A DNA stretch of 64,000 nt, from NCBI GenBank assembly GCA_002633005.1, contig NMRA01000102.1, forward strand, positions 176,710-240,709. Reading direction: 5' to 3'. The notes under the pieces are model-generated. The model saw nothing but the letters and a program-made list of their open reading frames with translations, was not told where the DNA came from and made no database searches. The position numbers and the translations under genes were made by a program. Source of the stretch: Phoronis australis (lineage: Eukaryota; Animalia; Phoronida). Positions 37,777-49,828 of the stretch are shown piece after piece (position 1 is the first letter of the stretch; every line of letters starts with the position of its first letter).

Positions 37777-39241
37777 AGGCGAAGGCAACCTTTTTTCATG
37801 TCACTTTTAGCAAAAATAAGGTCTGTTGATTATCCCAGACATATTTTTCCCTTAATTACAGCTTTTCGTAATTTAATTAATTTCTCGTCCTCTACTTCGG
37901 AAGTGACGTTTTGGGAGGCAAGAATTTCGAGCCAATTTCTTTTCATACAGTCAGACTGTGAGATCTGTCAAGTCAGTCATTGTTCTACCTCGGATGTGAT
38001 AAGTTCGGTCGTCCTTTGCTTTTGTTTACGAGTCAGTCATCATGCCACGCTGTTGCTGCATACCAGGATGATTCATTATCGTCCACACGCGCTTTGGGTA
38101 CCTTGCATCGCTTTCCAAAGGATGACACACTTCGCCGTACTTGGCTAGCTCGTTCGTGCGAAGAACGCAGCGCTACCCGCTCACGCAACATACAAAGCAG
38201 TGGCAAGCATTTTCAGCCGTCAGATTGCGACAGAGATATGTACGCTGAATTGATGAAGGTCCCTGCGAAACAACGCCTGAAGAAGGGTTCCATACCGTCG
38301 CTGCTGATTCCTGGCCGGGCAGTGCTCCGTTGCCACCCCCGAGAAGTGCGTTTTTGAAGCCAGAAGCCTCGTGAGCTGTGGCCACTATAAACAGTGACTG
38401 GAGGCACTTCACCTACTGTCACTCATGCCTCCGAACGTACCACCTACTGTCACTCATGCCTCCGAACGTACCACCTACTGTCACTCATGCCTCCGAACGC
38501 ACCACCTACTGTCACTCATGCCTCTGAACCTACCACCTACTGTCACTCATGCCTCCGAACGCACCACCTACTGTCACTCATGCCTCCGAACGTACCCCAT
38601 AGCGTGCAATTCCAGGAACTAGCAGTGATTCCCCGTGTGCTGTTGTCTCTAGCCCAGAACCTGTAAGCAGCCCTGCAGCGATATTGAGTAGTGGGAGTGA
38701 ATACAGGCCCAGTTTGGCACCCAGTGAAAAGTACAGTTCGTCATCCAATGAACAGATAGCTGAGCCTAAGTTTATTGTGGACTTGTATTGGAGCTATTTA
38801 GAAGGTGCCACGTGTGTGACGAGGGAGTCGCACGGCGGTACTTTGTAAGCAGTTTGGGTGTTCAAGTCACCTTTCACTGAGAGTGTGTCGCGGTACACTC
38901 GGGCAAGTGTGACAGTTCTTCCTCTGCACGTGAGACGATAATGAGTACATCTCGGTAGGCAGCAACAGCGTGGCATGTTGACTGACTCGTAAACAAAAGC
39001 AAACGGCCACCGAACTTATCACCACCGAGGTAGAACAATGACCGATTCGACTGCTCTCACAGTCAGACTGTATGAAAAGAAATTGGCGCGAAATTCTTGC
39101 CTCCCAAAACGTCACTTCTGGAGTAGACGACGAGTAATTAATTAAATTACGAAAAGCTGTAAATAAGTGAAAAATATGTCTGGGATAATCAACGAACCCT
39201 ATTTTTGCTAAAAATGACATGAAAAAAGGTTGCCTTCGCCT
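37777..39241 (+). mobile_element. Internally deleted Kolobok-like transposon with THAP remnant
   Basis: TTAA TSD, AGGCGAAGGCAACC termini, about 290-bp TIRs. Decayed THAP MPRCCCIPG*..LHRFPKD..W..KHF..LKKGSIPSL plus EPKFIV/LFRRCHVC fragments. Confidence 0.85.
38410..38597. repeat. 31-bp minisatellite inside the Kolobok-like element
   Basis: CACCTACTGTCACTCATGCCTCCGAACGTAC x6. Confidence 0.9.
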
Positions 39242-41727
39242 TTAACCTGAAACAGTGATTCCAACTGTACGGCTAGTAGGCATTTCATAATAGTCTGAGC
39301 TGACAAACTATCATGACTACGCCACGTATTAACACTTTTGTACAAATCTTTGCCTCTATTATGGCAATGCAGGCTATCTGCATAGCAATACGAGTTTGTT
39401 CAGATTACTTGAAAGAAATTTGAACGGACAGAAATGAATTGCCATTTCACGACGACAAAGACAAATCTCACAGTCATTGCAAGTTTTCAAAGAGCGTAAC
39501 ATTTACAGCAATATGGCTTTGCACTACACAAGAAGCGCCAGCAAAAATATAACTTAAAAATTTAACGGTAGGCAGATCCAATAGGTTTGTCCTAACTTGA
39601 ACTCACATTTTTCATGGAGGTAAAATGCGTTGCCAGACTGACTATTTTTGAAATGTCAGGTACCCCTGAGGAAGAAAAATACATTGTATACCCAGCATTG
39701 ACTGATGTGTCCTCCTCTCTCAATGCCAACGTAAAGTGCAGTAGGACAAATTTGCCTGAATTACAATCTGTTCATAAAAATTATACGAGATAGTGACTAG
39801 TACATCTGTACGTCGAAATAGGCCAGGTGCTTGAAACACACGGTGCATTGCGGGAAGAAAGCGATGTTACTTGTTACAAGTACATTGGACGACCCCTGTT
39901 GAAATGTATATAGCTGAAGGCAAAACTGCTAACACGAAGACATTGCATATCTTAATGCTGCTAGTCATAACAATTGGCACACTAGGAATATCATTTTTCG
40001 TGCTAAACGAGATTAAGGGTCGAACATATGTTTCGCCCGAGATGGAGGATCTTTGTCCATTGAAAATGAAAATTTTCGGAGGAGTTGCGATGTCCAAAAT
40101 TGAACAGGCTCTCGTACCCGCTCTGATTGTGAAGCTTTGGATTTGCCTGTCCTACCTGACCTCAAACTAAATCCTGGGTTTTTAAGACCAGCCCAGTCCA
40201 AAGGGTCCAACCCGTACTTTGAAAATTGCAGATGTCTTCAAAACGGCTATTAATAAAAAGCGAGCACCTCTGAAGAGTAGAATCGGCCGTACAACGTAAA
40301 ATGATACCGTTATAATCTTTTTTTATTCATCAATTCACAATGCAATGGTAAACAAAAATGCAGTAGTAAACAGTCTATATACACATGAAAACAATCATCA
40401 ACAAAAAGCTGCTATAGACCCCAGGACGTTCTATCCAAGAAGCAAACTTTTGATTTAGACTTCCTCACTCATTGAAAATTGGTCTCAATTTGTTCAACAA
40501 GAATAATTGCACTGATGACAAGCACCATCCGTTGAAAAGAAACAAGATCAGATTCCGTGTGCAAGACTACATTGGCTTCTCATTCTCAGGTACTTTATGT
40601 CTTAAACCAACCTTACCTCAGTGACCCAATGAGCCACTGTAATCGCACTTGAAAATAACTGGGGTATGAGGATTCAAAAAGACAAATCAGTTTGAATTAA
40701 GGAGGAGACTAGGTGTTTTCAAGAGTTTAAAGTTTCAGTGTTAATTCCTAACATAACACTTTTTGTTTACACAAAATATACTATTGCATTCCAGTACATA
40801 GATAGCAATATAAATGCACATTGGTTTTCCAACGAACATATTGTGTTATGAATTATGAAGTTGAGTAATCCACTTCCAACTGAATAGTGTTATATGCCAC
40901 GATACAATCATGATTTCAAGGTACAACTGAGCAGTGTTACATGCTATGATACAATTATGATGCCAGGGTCCAACTGAACAAAATATTCTCCACTGTAAAC
41001 TATATTCTAGATTATTGCACACAAGCAAAACAAACAACTAAACATAAAGTCACAAATACAAAATTTTGGGCGTTTTATTAACCCAAAGGAACAAAACCAT
41101 ACCCATCAACCTTTTTAAAACAGAAAGACAATGTAATAACATTTACATGTTAACTGATTACAGAAATTAACCTTTAAAATGGCTGTTGACATGATATTGA
41201 CATACAAACAAAAAATCTTCACTGAATTGTTTTCATTATGATAACCATATCCATTGTTTAGAATATGTTAATAAGATGCACTAATCAGCTGAGTTATGTT
41301 TATTGTTCATTGGTTATGGAGAAAGGGAAGCAGCCAATCACACGTCAACCTGAGGTATTCCCACAGAACAGGATGACTTTCATGACCAGCCAATTTCCTG
41401 TGAAGGGGACTCTTTCTTGACAATATTCCTCACCAAAGTGTGGCTTTTAGAACATAATTTCCAGCAAAACGGTGTGCTCTAGGAGTTTGAAACTCTACAA
41501 AAGCTTCAATCCCTTTTTCAAAATTACACAAATCTACAGAAGAGTTTTTCATGTTAACTATAATTCTAAAACTTTTCTTGCAAAAATGTACTCATTTTAG
41601 ACAACATGGCATCTCTTCTTGTATTATTTCAGGCCAAATGGGCAAAAAAATCAGTTGTGCAAGAATCGTTTTGAAAGGTTAATGTTCATGGAATTAACCT
41701 CAACAAAAGGGTGTTGTTTCTGGAACA

Positions 41728-42046
41728 GACCTACGAAAGGGTGACCTAACCTAACAAAGGGTAACCTGACCTAAGAAAGGGTGACCTGACCTAAGAAAGG
41801 GTGACCTGACCTAAGAAAGGGTGACCTGACCTAAGCAAGCATGACCTGATCTAAGAAAGGGTGACCTGGCCTAAGAAAGGGTGACCTGACCTAAGAAAGG
41901 GTGACCTGACCTAAGAAAGGGTGACCTGATCTAAGAAAGGGTGACATGACCTAAGAGAGGGTGACCTGGCCTAAGAAAAGGTGACCTGGCCTAAGAAAGG
42001 GTGACCTGGCCTAAGAAAGGGTGACCTGACCTAAGAAATGGTGACT
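41728..42046. repeat. 20-bp minisatellite
   Basis: GACCTAAGAAAGGGTGACCT, about 16 copies. Confidence 0.92.
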
Positions 42047-44129
42047 TTTTCATTGAATCTCTCTACAAAATGGATCTCTTTTTTCTAAACAACACGTGGG
42101 CACAGCACCATGCATCAGAAAACTCCATGACTGAAAAATATCAAGAAATGCTTTGTACAAACAAATGCAAGTTTGCGATAAACATAACAAACTACGATAA
42201 TGAGAGCAAAGTACATTGTTGCAATGCACCCACAATTGCACCACAAACAGTATGCTTCTAAGGGTTTGTAAGCAATTAGCATCATATAATGTATAAAATA
42301 ACAAGAGTAACGCGGAGCTTTGAAATGTGCCCACGAATGCACAGCAAACGGTGTGCTGGCTTCTAGGGTTGTTTATTTGTTTCATAAAAATAGCCACTAG
42401 ATGGTGCAAAAATGTCCAATCTATCTGAAAACAGTAACACGCCATCGCTATTTCAATAGAAAGCTATTTAAAAAATTTCATAAAAATCTGTCAAGGAACT
42501 TCAGAGAAACAAAGGAAAACAAAAAAAAAGGAAATTGCCGCTATGGGGCACAGCGTTCATTGAATCCGCCTGAAAGACATGATTGTCTGTTGTTAGCTTC
42601 ATATAAATACAATTACTAAAATTTAATAAAGACCCTGCAATGTGTTTAGAAGATGCAGCTATGGGCGCAAAACAAAACAAAACTACGGCTAGGAGGAGCC
42701 ACAGTAGTCAAAGTCGTTATCGTCAACCGTCCTCTTAACACTGAGAAAATATATGCCAATTTTCAAAATCATTCTTAGAATGGTCTGGTTGATGGAGAGG
42801 TGGACGCCAAAAAACAGACTCGAAAATAGGAAAAATGGACACTAGGTGGCACAAAGTACCTTGATTTTATCTGAAAATGGGGGGATAGCATCATCTCACC
42901 AATAGATACTTATATTCCAAATTTTCTGAAAATCTGTAGATGATCTTTAAGATAAAGAGGAACTTAAAAAACTAAAATTGCCACTAGGTGGCACACTGGT
43001 TGTCAGATCAGTACGAAAGTTATCATCCTTTATTAACATCATATAAATACACTGGCTAAATTTAGCAAAGATCCTGCAAACGGTTTAGGAGATACAGCCA
43101 CGGGCACAAAAAGACAAAACTGCCACTAGGAGGCACCACAGTATTCAAAATCGTCAGAAAATCATCGTCAGCCGTCCTCTTCATAGTAAGAACATACATG
43201 CCAATTTTCACAATCATCCTTAGAGTGGTTTGGTTGATAGAGGGGTGGATGCCAAAAAACGGACTCGAAAACAGCAAAAATGGCCACTAGGTGTCGCAAA
43301 CTACATTGAATCCATCCGAAAACGGGAGGATAGCGTCAACACACTAGTAGATGCCAATATGCCAAATTTTATGAAAATATGTTGAGGACCTTTGAAGATA
43401 AGGAGGTAAGCGTACAAAACTAAAACTGCCACTAGGGGATCCGTCCGAAAGTTCGTTCAAGCCGTCACATCCACGAAAGGAAATGACGGCATACTGCGTC
43501 CACATATAAATATGTGGGCACATAAAAAGGCCACTAGGTGGCGCAGCATAAGTCAAATCAGTCCGATACAAAGCAAGTGGTGTCGCCTGCTTGATAGAAA
43601 CTTATTTCCACAATTTTTTTAATATCCATCAAAGAACAAGACATAGTCACGAAATGAAAAGCTAAATTGCCATAAGTATTGAGAGTCGTCCCAAAATCAG
43701 TTACTGCAATAGGTATACCATGAAGATCCATCACATAATTTAGTTGAAACAGATGCAAAGAAAATAGAAATAGAGCAGTGGATGCAAACTGCTCGGCAAA
43801 AATCTATATTCTTGCGACATAAGTAAACTGTTTCAGTACATATTTATCTCTGAAAATGACTTCTAGCAAATTCAAAAGTTAATCCTATTAAAAAAAATAG
43901 GAACTTTCAAAAATAATGGTAATCTAATTTAAAGTTTAGTTTCACACACAGGTCATTTTATTTACAGATTTTAAGGGATCCAAATTTTTAGAGTAGTGGC
44001 ACAAAATACATTAGTAGTAACATATTACAGATCATGAAGATGTTTTAAAAATCTGCGAAAGCCATCATAGGCTGCTTTGGCTTGCAGCACCAGCACCACC
44101 CACACAGAAGTAAGTGACAGGGTCAAAAG

Positions 44130-44294
44130 TTAAGTGACAGGGTCGTATGAATTTCGATTGACTCTCTGCAGCAGTCTCTGCCTCTCCCGGGACATGCTGG
44201 TTATGAACGACTCTTGTTGGTTGTACTTGTAGAGTTTCACTGACGACAACACAACTTGACAGGTCCAAACTAACCAAAGCGACCATGATCCAAA
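44130..44294 (-). CDS. TMEM179: TMEM179 exon 4 (to stop)
   Basis: ttttag acceptor; FGSWSLWLVWTCQVVLSSVKLYKYNQQESFITSMSRERQRLLQRVNRNSYDPVT*. Total CDS 678 nt, 225 aa. AATAAA on the minus strand at 43957-43962. Confidence 0.9.
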   Translation of the reverse strand, partial: FGSWSLWLVWTCQVVLSSVKLYKYNQQESFITSMSRERQRLLQRVNRNSYDPVT

Positions 44295-45002
44295 CTAAAA
44301 AATCAAAAGACTCCATCAATTATGCGCCAGTCAAAAAGAATGTCGTCTTCCATCCAATTGCATTCTCTACTAGAAGCACCATTAGCAGAAATACGGTTGC
44401 CCAACAGGGAACAAAAATGACAGCTTTGTACAGTTGAAATGTTTCTTCTACTTCAAAACTCAAATAAGCCAGATCCAATCAGACCAAGATATCTTAATAA
44501 CCAAATAATGTGAAATCTGACTCATCTGAAAGGAATGAGGACACAAACTAGAACAAATTTAGCTTGATACCATATCCAAGTTAAGAGAAAATAATCTGAC
44601 CCCATGTCTCGATTTGGCAACCTGCAGCTTGCCATTGTAACATCAGGTTTTGTTTGGTGACCTGATAAAAATTCCAAGTCGCCACAAAGTCACCGTTTTT
44701 TGTCGAGTAGCAACCAAGTTGGAAAAGTGAGATACCCGTAAAGACTTCACCACTTTTGTGATAAATTACAAACTTCAAAGACTAGGAATATGTTTCCCAA
44801 ATACAATACTTTTGGTCCACAACTGATCTTTTTATTTTGTGAAATAAGTACTTTTAACACCCTCAGCACACACCTGAGCACGTGCTCAAACTCTAGCAGG
44901 AAGTAAACTGATAGAGTTATTTGGTAAAAACCAGGAGTGCGCCTCACCATGGTGCATCTACAAATAATGTGCCATCCACCATCATTTATCCCGTTCTTTC
45001 TT

Positions 45003-45545
45003 ATGCTGCAGCAAACATTTGCCCCTCGAGTGCTAATACAAGCTTTCTGATGCTACACAGGACATTTGCCACTGGCGTGCTAACACAAGCTCTCTAATGC
45101 TGCAGCAAATATTTGCCCCTTGTGTGCTAATACGAGCTTTCTATTTCTGCAGCAGACATTCCGCCTTTGTGTGCTAATGTTAGCTTTCTATTTCTGCAGC
45201 AGACATTTGCCCCTTGTAAGCTAATACGAACTTCCTATTTCTGCAGCAGACATTTGTCCCTTGTGTGCTAACACGAGCTTACTATTTCTGCAGCAGACAT
45301 TTGCCCCTTGTGTGCTAACACGAGCTTACTATTTCTGCAGCAGACATTTGCCCCTTGTGTGCTAACACAAGCTTACTATTTCTGCAGCAGACATTTGCCC
45401 CTTGTGTGCTAATACGAGCTTTCTATTTCTGCGGCAGTCATTTGCCCCTTGTGTGCTAACACGAGCTTACTATTTCTGCAGCAGACATTTGCCCCTTGTG
45501 TGCTGCAAGCTTTCTGATGCTGCAGCAGACATTTCATGCAAATAC
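45003..45545. repeat. About 47-54-bp minisatellite in TMEM179 intron 3
   Basis: CTGCAGCAGACATTTGCCCCTTGTGTGCTAACACGAGCTT.. units. Confidence 0.9.
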
Positions 45546-45758
45546 GAGCTTTCTTTATTTTTGGTGAGCTCATTTTCCAACCTGGGAATTTTGGCAAGTC
45601 ACATTTCGCGAGTTGATGTTATGCAAAGCGTCGAGCCCTGTGACAAGTTTTAAAAATACACTTCCTGAAAATGTCATACAGCTGCTATTAGGGCCAAAAA
45701 CAAGAATTCAATGTGTTACCAAGTGAGTGTTGTTTTAAAAAGGTAGAACACCACTCAC

Positions 45759-45843
45759 CTGTGCCATTCCAAAATGAATGTAGAATGCTTCTGTGTGGAT
45801 CTTTTTGTCGTTAATGAAATGTATGACATCAGCAAATTCACAA
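45759..45843 (-). CDS. TMEM179: TMEM179 exon 3
   Basis: ttcag acceptor; (S)CEFADVIHFINDKKIHTEAFYIHFGMAQ; donor gtgagt; phase 2-0. Confidence 0.9.
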
Positions 45844-46249
45844 CTGAAATCAATAAATAATGTTAATTTAATTGTGAAAACAAGTGAAAGCAAAATATGA
45901 TTAAAATGTAAAGCCTATTGCACCAGGTCAGAAATAGGGGACAAACCATGAAAAGTAAAAAAAATATCATTTTTCGTGTTTCTTGAGAAAATTTTGTTGA
46001 AACTAACCTGCTGGTTAGTAACATTGAGTTACAAAATTGTAAGTGGAGTTAAGTTTTTTGCAAAACATAAATTCATGTGTAAATATGAGTATGTATGTGT
46101 ATGTAGTTGTTTAATCACATGTATGTTTGTATTTATGTATGTATGTATGCATGTGAGTGTGTATTTATATATGTGTGTATGTATGTTTATGTATGTGTGT
46201 GTTTATGTATGTGTGTGTAAGAGTGCATGCTTATACATGCGTGTATATT

Positions 46250-46560
46250 TATATGATATGTCTTACTTTTTAATTATTTATTGTCTGTTTTTAATTATTT
46301 ATATTTATATTTTAGTTAATTATCTTGTCTTAATTTCTTTATCTTCTATTTATCATATTTTATTTTTTATTTTCTTTCATCAGTCTTTCGGTGTTAATTT
46401 CTTATTCTTTGCTTATTATTGAAATATTGTCTTTCATTTTGTAATTCTGTTTTTGTCTTACTATCTGTTTGTGTTTACTGAGGGGCCCCATGGAAAACCA
46501 TGTGAACTGATGGGCCTACCCTCATTGTAAATATTACATTAATAAATAAATAAATAAATG
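46250..46560 (+). mobile_element. Probable LINE 3' end with (AATA)n tail in a TMEM179 intron
   Basis: T-rich stretch, GAGGGGCCCCAT..ATGGGCCTACCCTC stem-loop, then AATAAATAAATAAAT. Confidence 0.45.
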
Positions 46561-46887
46561 GTCTATTTAATTATGACTTAACGATGTTTTTCCTATTGCC
46601 TTAACAAACTTACATTTCTTAATGAACAAACATTCTCACATGCTTTTAAGTTACAGACACACATCTCAATTGTTTAAAAAATATAACAAATTTTTCAGAA
46701 GCTGATTTGAAACGGGCCAAATTTCTAATGGTTAATAGCAATATAACATACATGCTTCAATGTGCCAGTTTTACCTTTAGAATTGGTGTATGTAACTCTA
46801 CCCTGGTAACAACAAATTATCATTACAAGATTTTAAAGATACCAATTGAAGTTTGTTGTAACGAGGTTCAACTGTGCACAAGTGTAC

Positions 46888-47025
46888 CTCCTTATAATCG
46901 ATCCCTTGCGCCCAAACATGCTGCACCATTCATTGAAGCCACCACTCAGAACTGATGAACCAATCAGAATGAAAAATGCCAGGAAGATGTTCAATAGAAG
47001 GGTTAAAAATGATGCCAACCACGAG
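46888..47025 (-). CDS. TMEM179: TMEM179 exon 2
   Basis: tttag acceptor; (S)SWLASFLTLLLNIFLAFFILIGSSVLSGGFNEWCSMFGRKGSIIR; GFxxWC motif; donor gtacac, phase 2-2. Confidence 0.9.
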
Positions 47026-47591
47026 CTAAAAAGAAAAGCAAACACCAATCAAGTTATAAGGATCCTGTTTTTTTAAATAACTGCTTCTTTCGGCTGCATC
47101 ACAAACTTGCATGGAACATTTGCTGTAAAAATACAGCACAACCCATTCAGGCTAGATATATAATTACTGGAGATTATAGCAATTATCAAACAAGAGAGAG
47201 CTGGCCCAACAACCATTAATGCCAGAATGGAGTTAATCAGTCATGTAAGATATTGGCTATAGGGGTGTTCTTCCCAACTTGTTGTTGGGCTATAATAGAA
47301 TCGAACAAGTTGGGAGCAACAGGAAAATGCCGTAATGAACGGTGGCAGTACTGTCTAGCCAAAATCCTGTGATCTTTTTTAATATACACACAACTATCTC
47401 ATGTAATCTTGCGAAGTCTTGCTTTTCTAGCGAGGTCCTAGAGATACTGAATACAATGATCGTCTGTGTGCCACCCACGTCGTGAGGTGGCAGCACAGAC
47501 GGGGTTCACCGTCTGTGTGGCTGAAAGAGGGTGTTCTCTAACGCCACGGGTGTCACTTATCAGTCTTAAAAAAGCATGAAACCATGAATAC

Positions 47592-47881
47592 CTATCAACT
47601 TCTTGGAACAACAGTAGCGACAGTCTGATAAGTTGTATCAGCGATAGTATCAGTGACAGAATAGCGACGACGATTGAAAAATTGCAAAGCGATGAATCGC
47701 CCCACGAAATGTCGTATAAGATGCCATTCGATTGATTCCATGAACCCGTCGCGTACAATAAACAGTGGCCATTGAAATCGTGCGAATTTATGCTCATAGG
47801 TATGAGAAGAAAGAGTGCTAAGATAAACCCCAAAACATAGCCGGCAGTCTGCGACAGCAACAAAATATTGCCGACCCCCAT
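47592..47881 (-). CDS. TMEM179: Transmembrane protein 179, exon 1
   Basis: MGVGNILLLSQTAGYVLGFILALFLLIPMSINSHDFNGHCLLYATGSW...WGDSSLCNF...; matches the TMEM179 HDFxGxCLL/WG..C pattern; donor AG|gtattc, phase 2. Confidence 0.92.
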
Positions 47882-48226
47882 AGCGCTGCAGAAGGCAACG
47901 CGGAAGTGAGTCGTATTTAGCGATGATCTATCGCCACCACTACAAAAATTTGAATCAAAGGTCGTTAAATAGCATTTTTTTATTCGGAACAGGCTTACAA
48001 ATTAACAAAATGATACTATTAAGTTGAATCGCAACTCATATCGCGAATTGACCAATCCGTCCAAGACACAGTAACCTTTGAACCTAACCTGGTTCCCGGG
48101 CCTCACACGCTGACGTCACGGATAGCTAACCTCGAGGATCTGTGCAGGAGACTACCTTTGAACCTTGAGTCGCGTCCTTGAACTGCCACAGAAGTGCCTG
48201 ACTTCGATGACGCCTGTGGTCAGACT
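47882..48226. promoter_or_regulatory. Probable bidirectional promoter between TMEM179 and the sulfotransferase-like gene
   Basis: Divergent ATGs with 345 bp between them. CpG-rich, with CGGAAGT (47901), CCAAT (48052), TGACGTCA (48111) and two ACCTTTGAACCT (48074, 48154). Confidence 0.65.
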
Positions 48227-49534
48227 ATGACGGACTTCATAGCGTGGATTGTGTACTTCGTATTGCGCTCTGCATTTGAATTCTTTCGCTCCATATTTTG
48301 GAGACTTAATGGAACTCAAGCACTGATCTACAAGTCGGAATCTGACTACGAGACATCTGCTCAAGTGTTCGATATAATTTCACGGAAGTACAATCCGTGG
48401 AGTTATGAGGCTGCAGAATATAATTTCGTTTACACTTTCAACTGCTTTCAGCATCCTCGTTGTATCTTGGATGAGAGAGTGTCATTATTCTGCCTCTCTA
48501 AGTCTCACGCCATATTTGTACAAACTGATGTCCCCCTTTGGAAGTATGAATGTGATTTTTTTCTCACTGACCAGTACAAGAATGCCAAGAAAGTTATAAA
48601 GTTACCAATTGATCACTTCAAGCGTCTGGGAAACGATGTTGGAAACCCGAGCCAGCCGGTCATTTGCCTCGGCAATACCGGTCGATGTGGCTCAACACTT
48701 TTATCATCCATGATGCAAGAGGTCCCAGGCTGCGTGTGTATAAATGAACCGCATGCGTTTTATGACGTTTGGTACTTGAAGTGGAGACGGGAAATCAACA
48801 AACAAGAAGCGGGAGAATTATATTCGTCATGTCTACGTTTGCTTTGTAAATTGAAGGATGCTAGTGTTAAATATTACTTTATTCAACAAAGAAACACAAA
48901 ATACGACATTAATGCCCTTACAAATGCTTTGCCTGCTATCATACATTTATTTATGTATCGTTCGGACGTACTGAAATGTGCCGTTTCATATTGGAAATTG
49001 TTCCAGATCGCTTTCGTTGGAAAAGTATTTCGAATCAAAGAGATGTGGATAGGCAGATGTGCGCCTGAGTTGAGTAAGATGGTGACGGAATGGTTATGCG
49101 ACAAAGTTGAGCCAACAAATTTTTGGTTAACTGAATCTGATAGTCTTTTAAATATACCATTACTTGATATTTTCTTCTTACGTATAATAAGACAATGTGA
49201 ACAGTATTCCAGATGTCGCAGAAGCGTGGACATAGTAGCCATAAGATACGAGGACTTGTTGGATAACACGGAGTATGCATGCCAGGCGATTGGTTCACAT
49301 TGTCAACTCCCTCAAAGCTTCCTTGACAAGGGTCCTTCTGCATTATCAAGAGACTCACAAGCCAACTCCGACATAAGTAGAGAAAGTCTGAGAAAATATT
49401 CTATTAATGTCGATGAAAGTGTCAGAAAGCGACTAGATCGTCTGTGCTTGGACCTTAACTTGACTTTACGTCATTGTAAAGAAAAACTTATGTTGCCTTC
49501 GACTATAACTTGTCCTACCCAAACTAAAAACTAG
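48227..49534 (+). CDS. Intronless uncharacterised sulfotransferase-fold (P-loop) protein, 435 aa
   Basis: Long open ORF from the first ATG at 48227. N-terminal hydrophobic segment, GNTGRCGSTLL (PAPS-binding-loop-like), NEP, MYR and IRYEDLL motifs typical of the sulfotransferase superfamily. Confidence 0.8.
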   Translation: MTDFIAWIVYFVLRSAFEFFRSIFWRLNGTQALIYKSESDYETSAQVFDIISRKYNPWSYEAAEYNFVYTFNCFQHPRCILDERVSLFCLSKSHAIFVQTDVPLWKYECDFFLTDQYKNAKKVIKLPIDHFKRLGNDVGNPSQPVICLGNTGRCGSTLLSSMMQEVPGCVCINEPHAFYDVWYLKWRREINKQEAGELYSSCLRLLCKLKDASVKYYFIQQRNTKYDINALTNALPAIIHLFMYRSDVLKCAVSYWKLFQIAFVGKVFRIKEMWIGRCAPELSKMVTEWLCDKVEPTNFWLTESDSLLNIPLLDIFFLRIIRQCEQYSRCRRSVDIVAIRYEDLLDNTEYACQAIGSHCQLPQSFLDKGPSALSRDSQANSDISRESLRKYSINVDESVRKRLDRLCLDLNLTLRHCKEKLMLPSTITCPTQTKN

Positions 49535-49828
49535 ACTAAATCTCCATCTCCACTGTTGCTGAGAAAACTTGAGATGAATTTTCCAAATCGACAAATGTGG
49601 AAGTTGTGTTTATGTTTCCAGTGTGTCAAACGGGTTATAAGCTCGCATTACCTCGAAACCATAACTTTTGATTTAGACAATTTACCGCGCTATGAAATTA
49701 GTCTCAATTTGTTCCTTACTGAAATGAGCAATGGAGTAGTGGGGCGTTCATATAGACTGTGGAGTAGTGGGGCATTCATATAGACTGTGGAGTAGTGGGG
49801 CGTTCATATAGACTGTGGAGTAGTGGGN

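Noticed and set aside
41728-42046. CRISPR-like appearance of the regular repeats here and at 10866, 38410, 45003, 50939 and 51572
   Set aside because: Head-to-tail units with no unique spacers, no cas genes, eukaryotic context
44111-44144. 14-bp direct repeat TAAGTGACAGGGTC at the TMEM179 stop
   Set aside because: Small local duplication; does not change the protein
45976-46422. 148-aa hydrophobic ORF
   Set aside because: Low-complexity TATG/T-rich intronic sequence, non-ATG start
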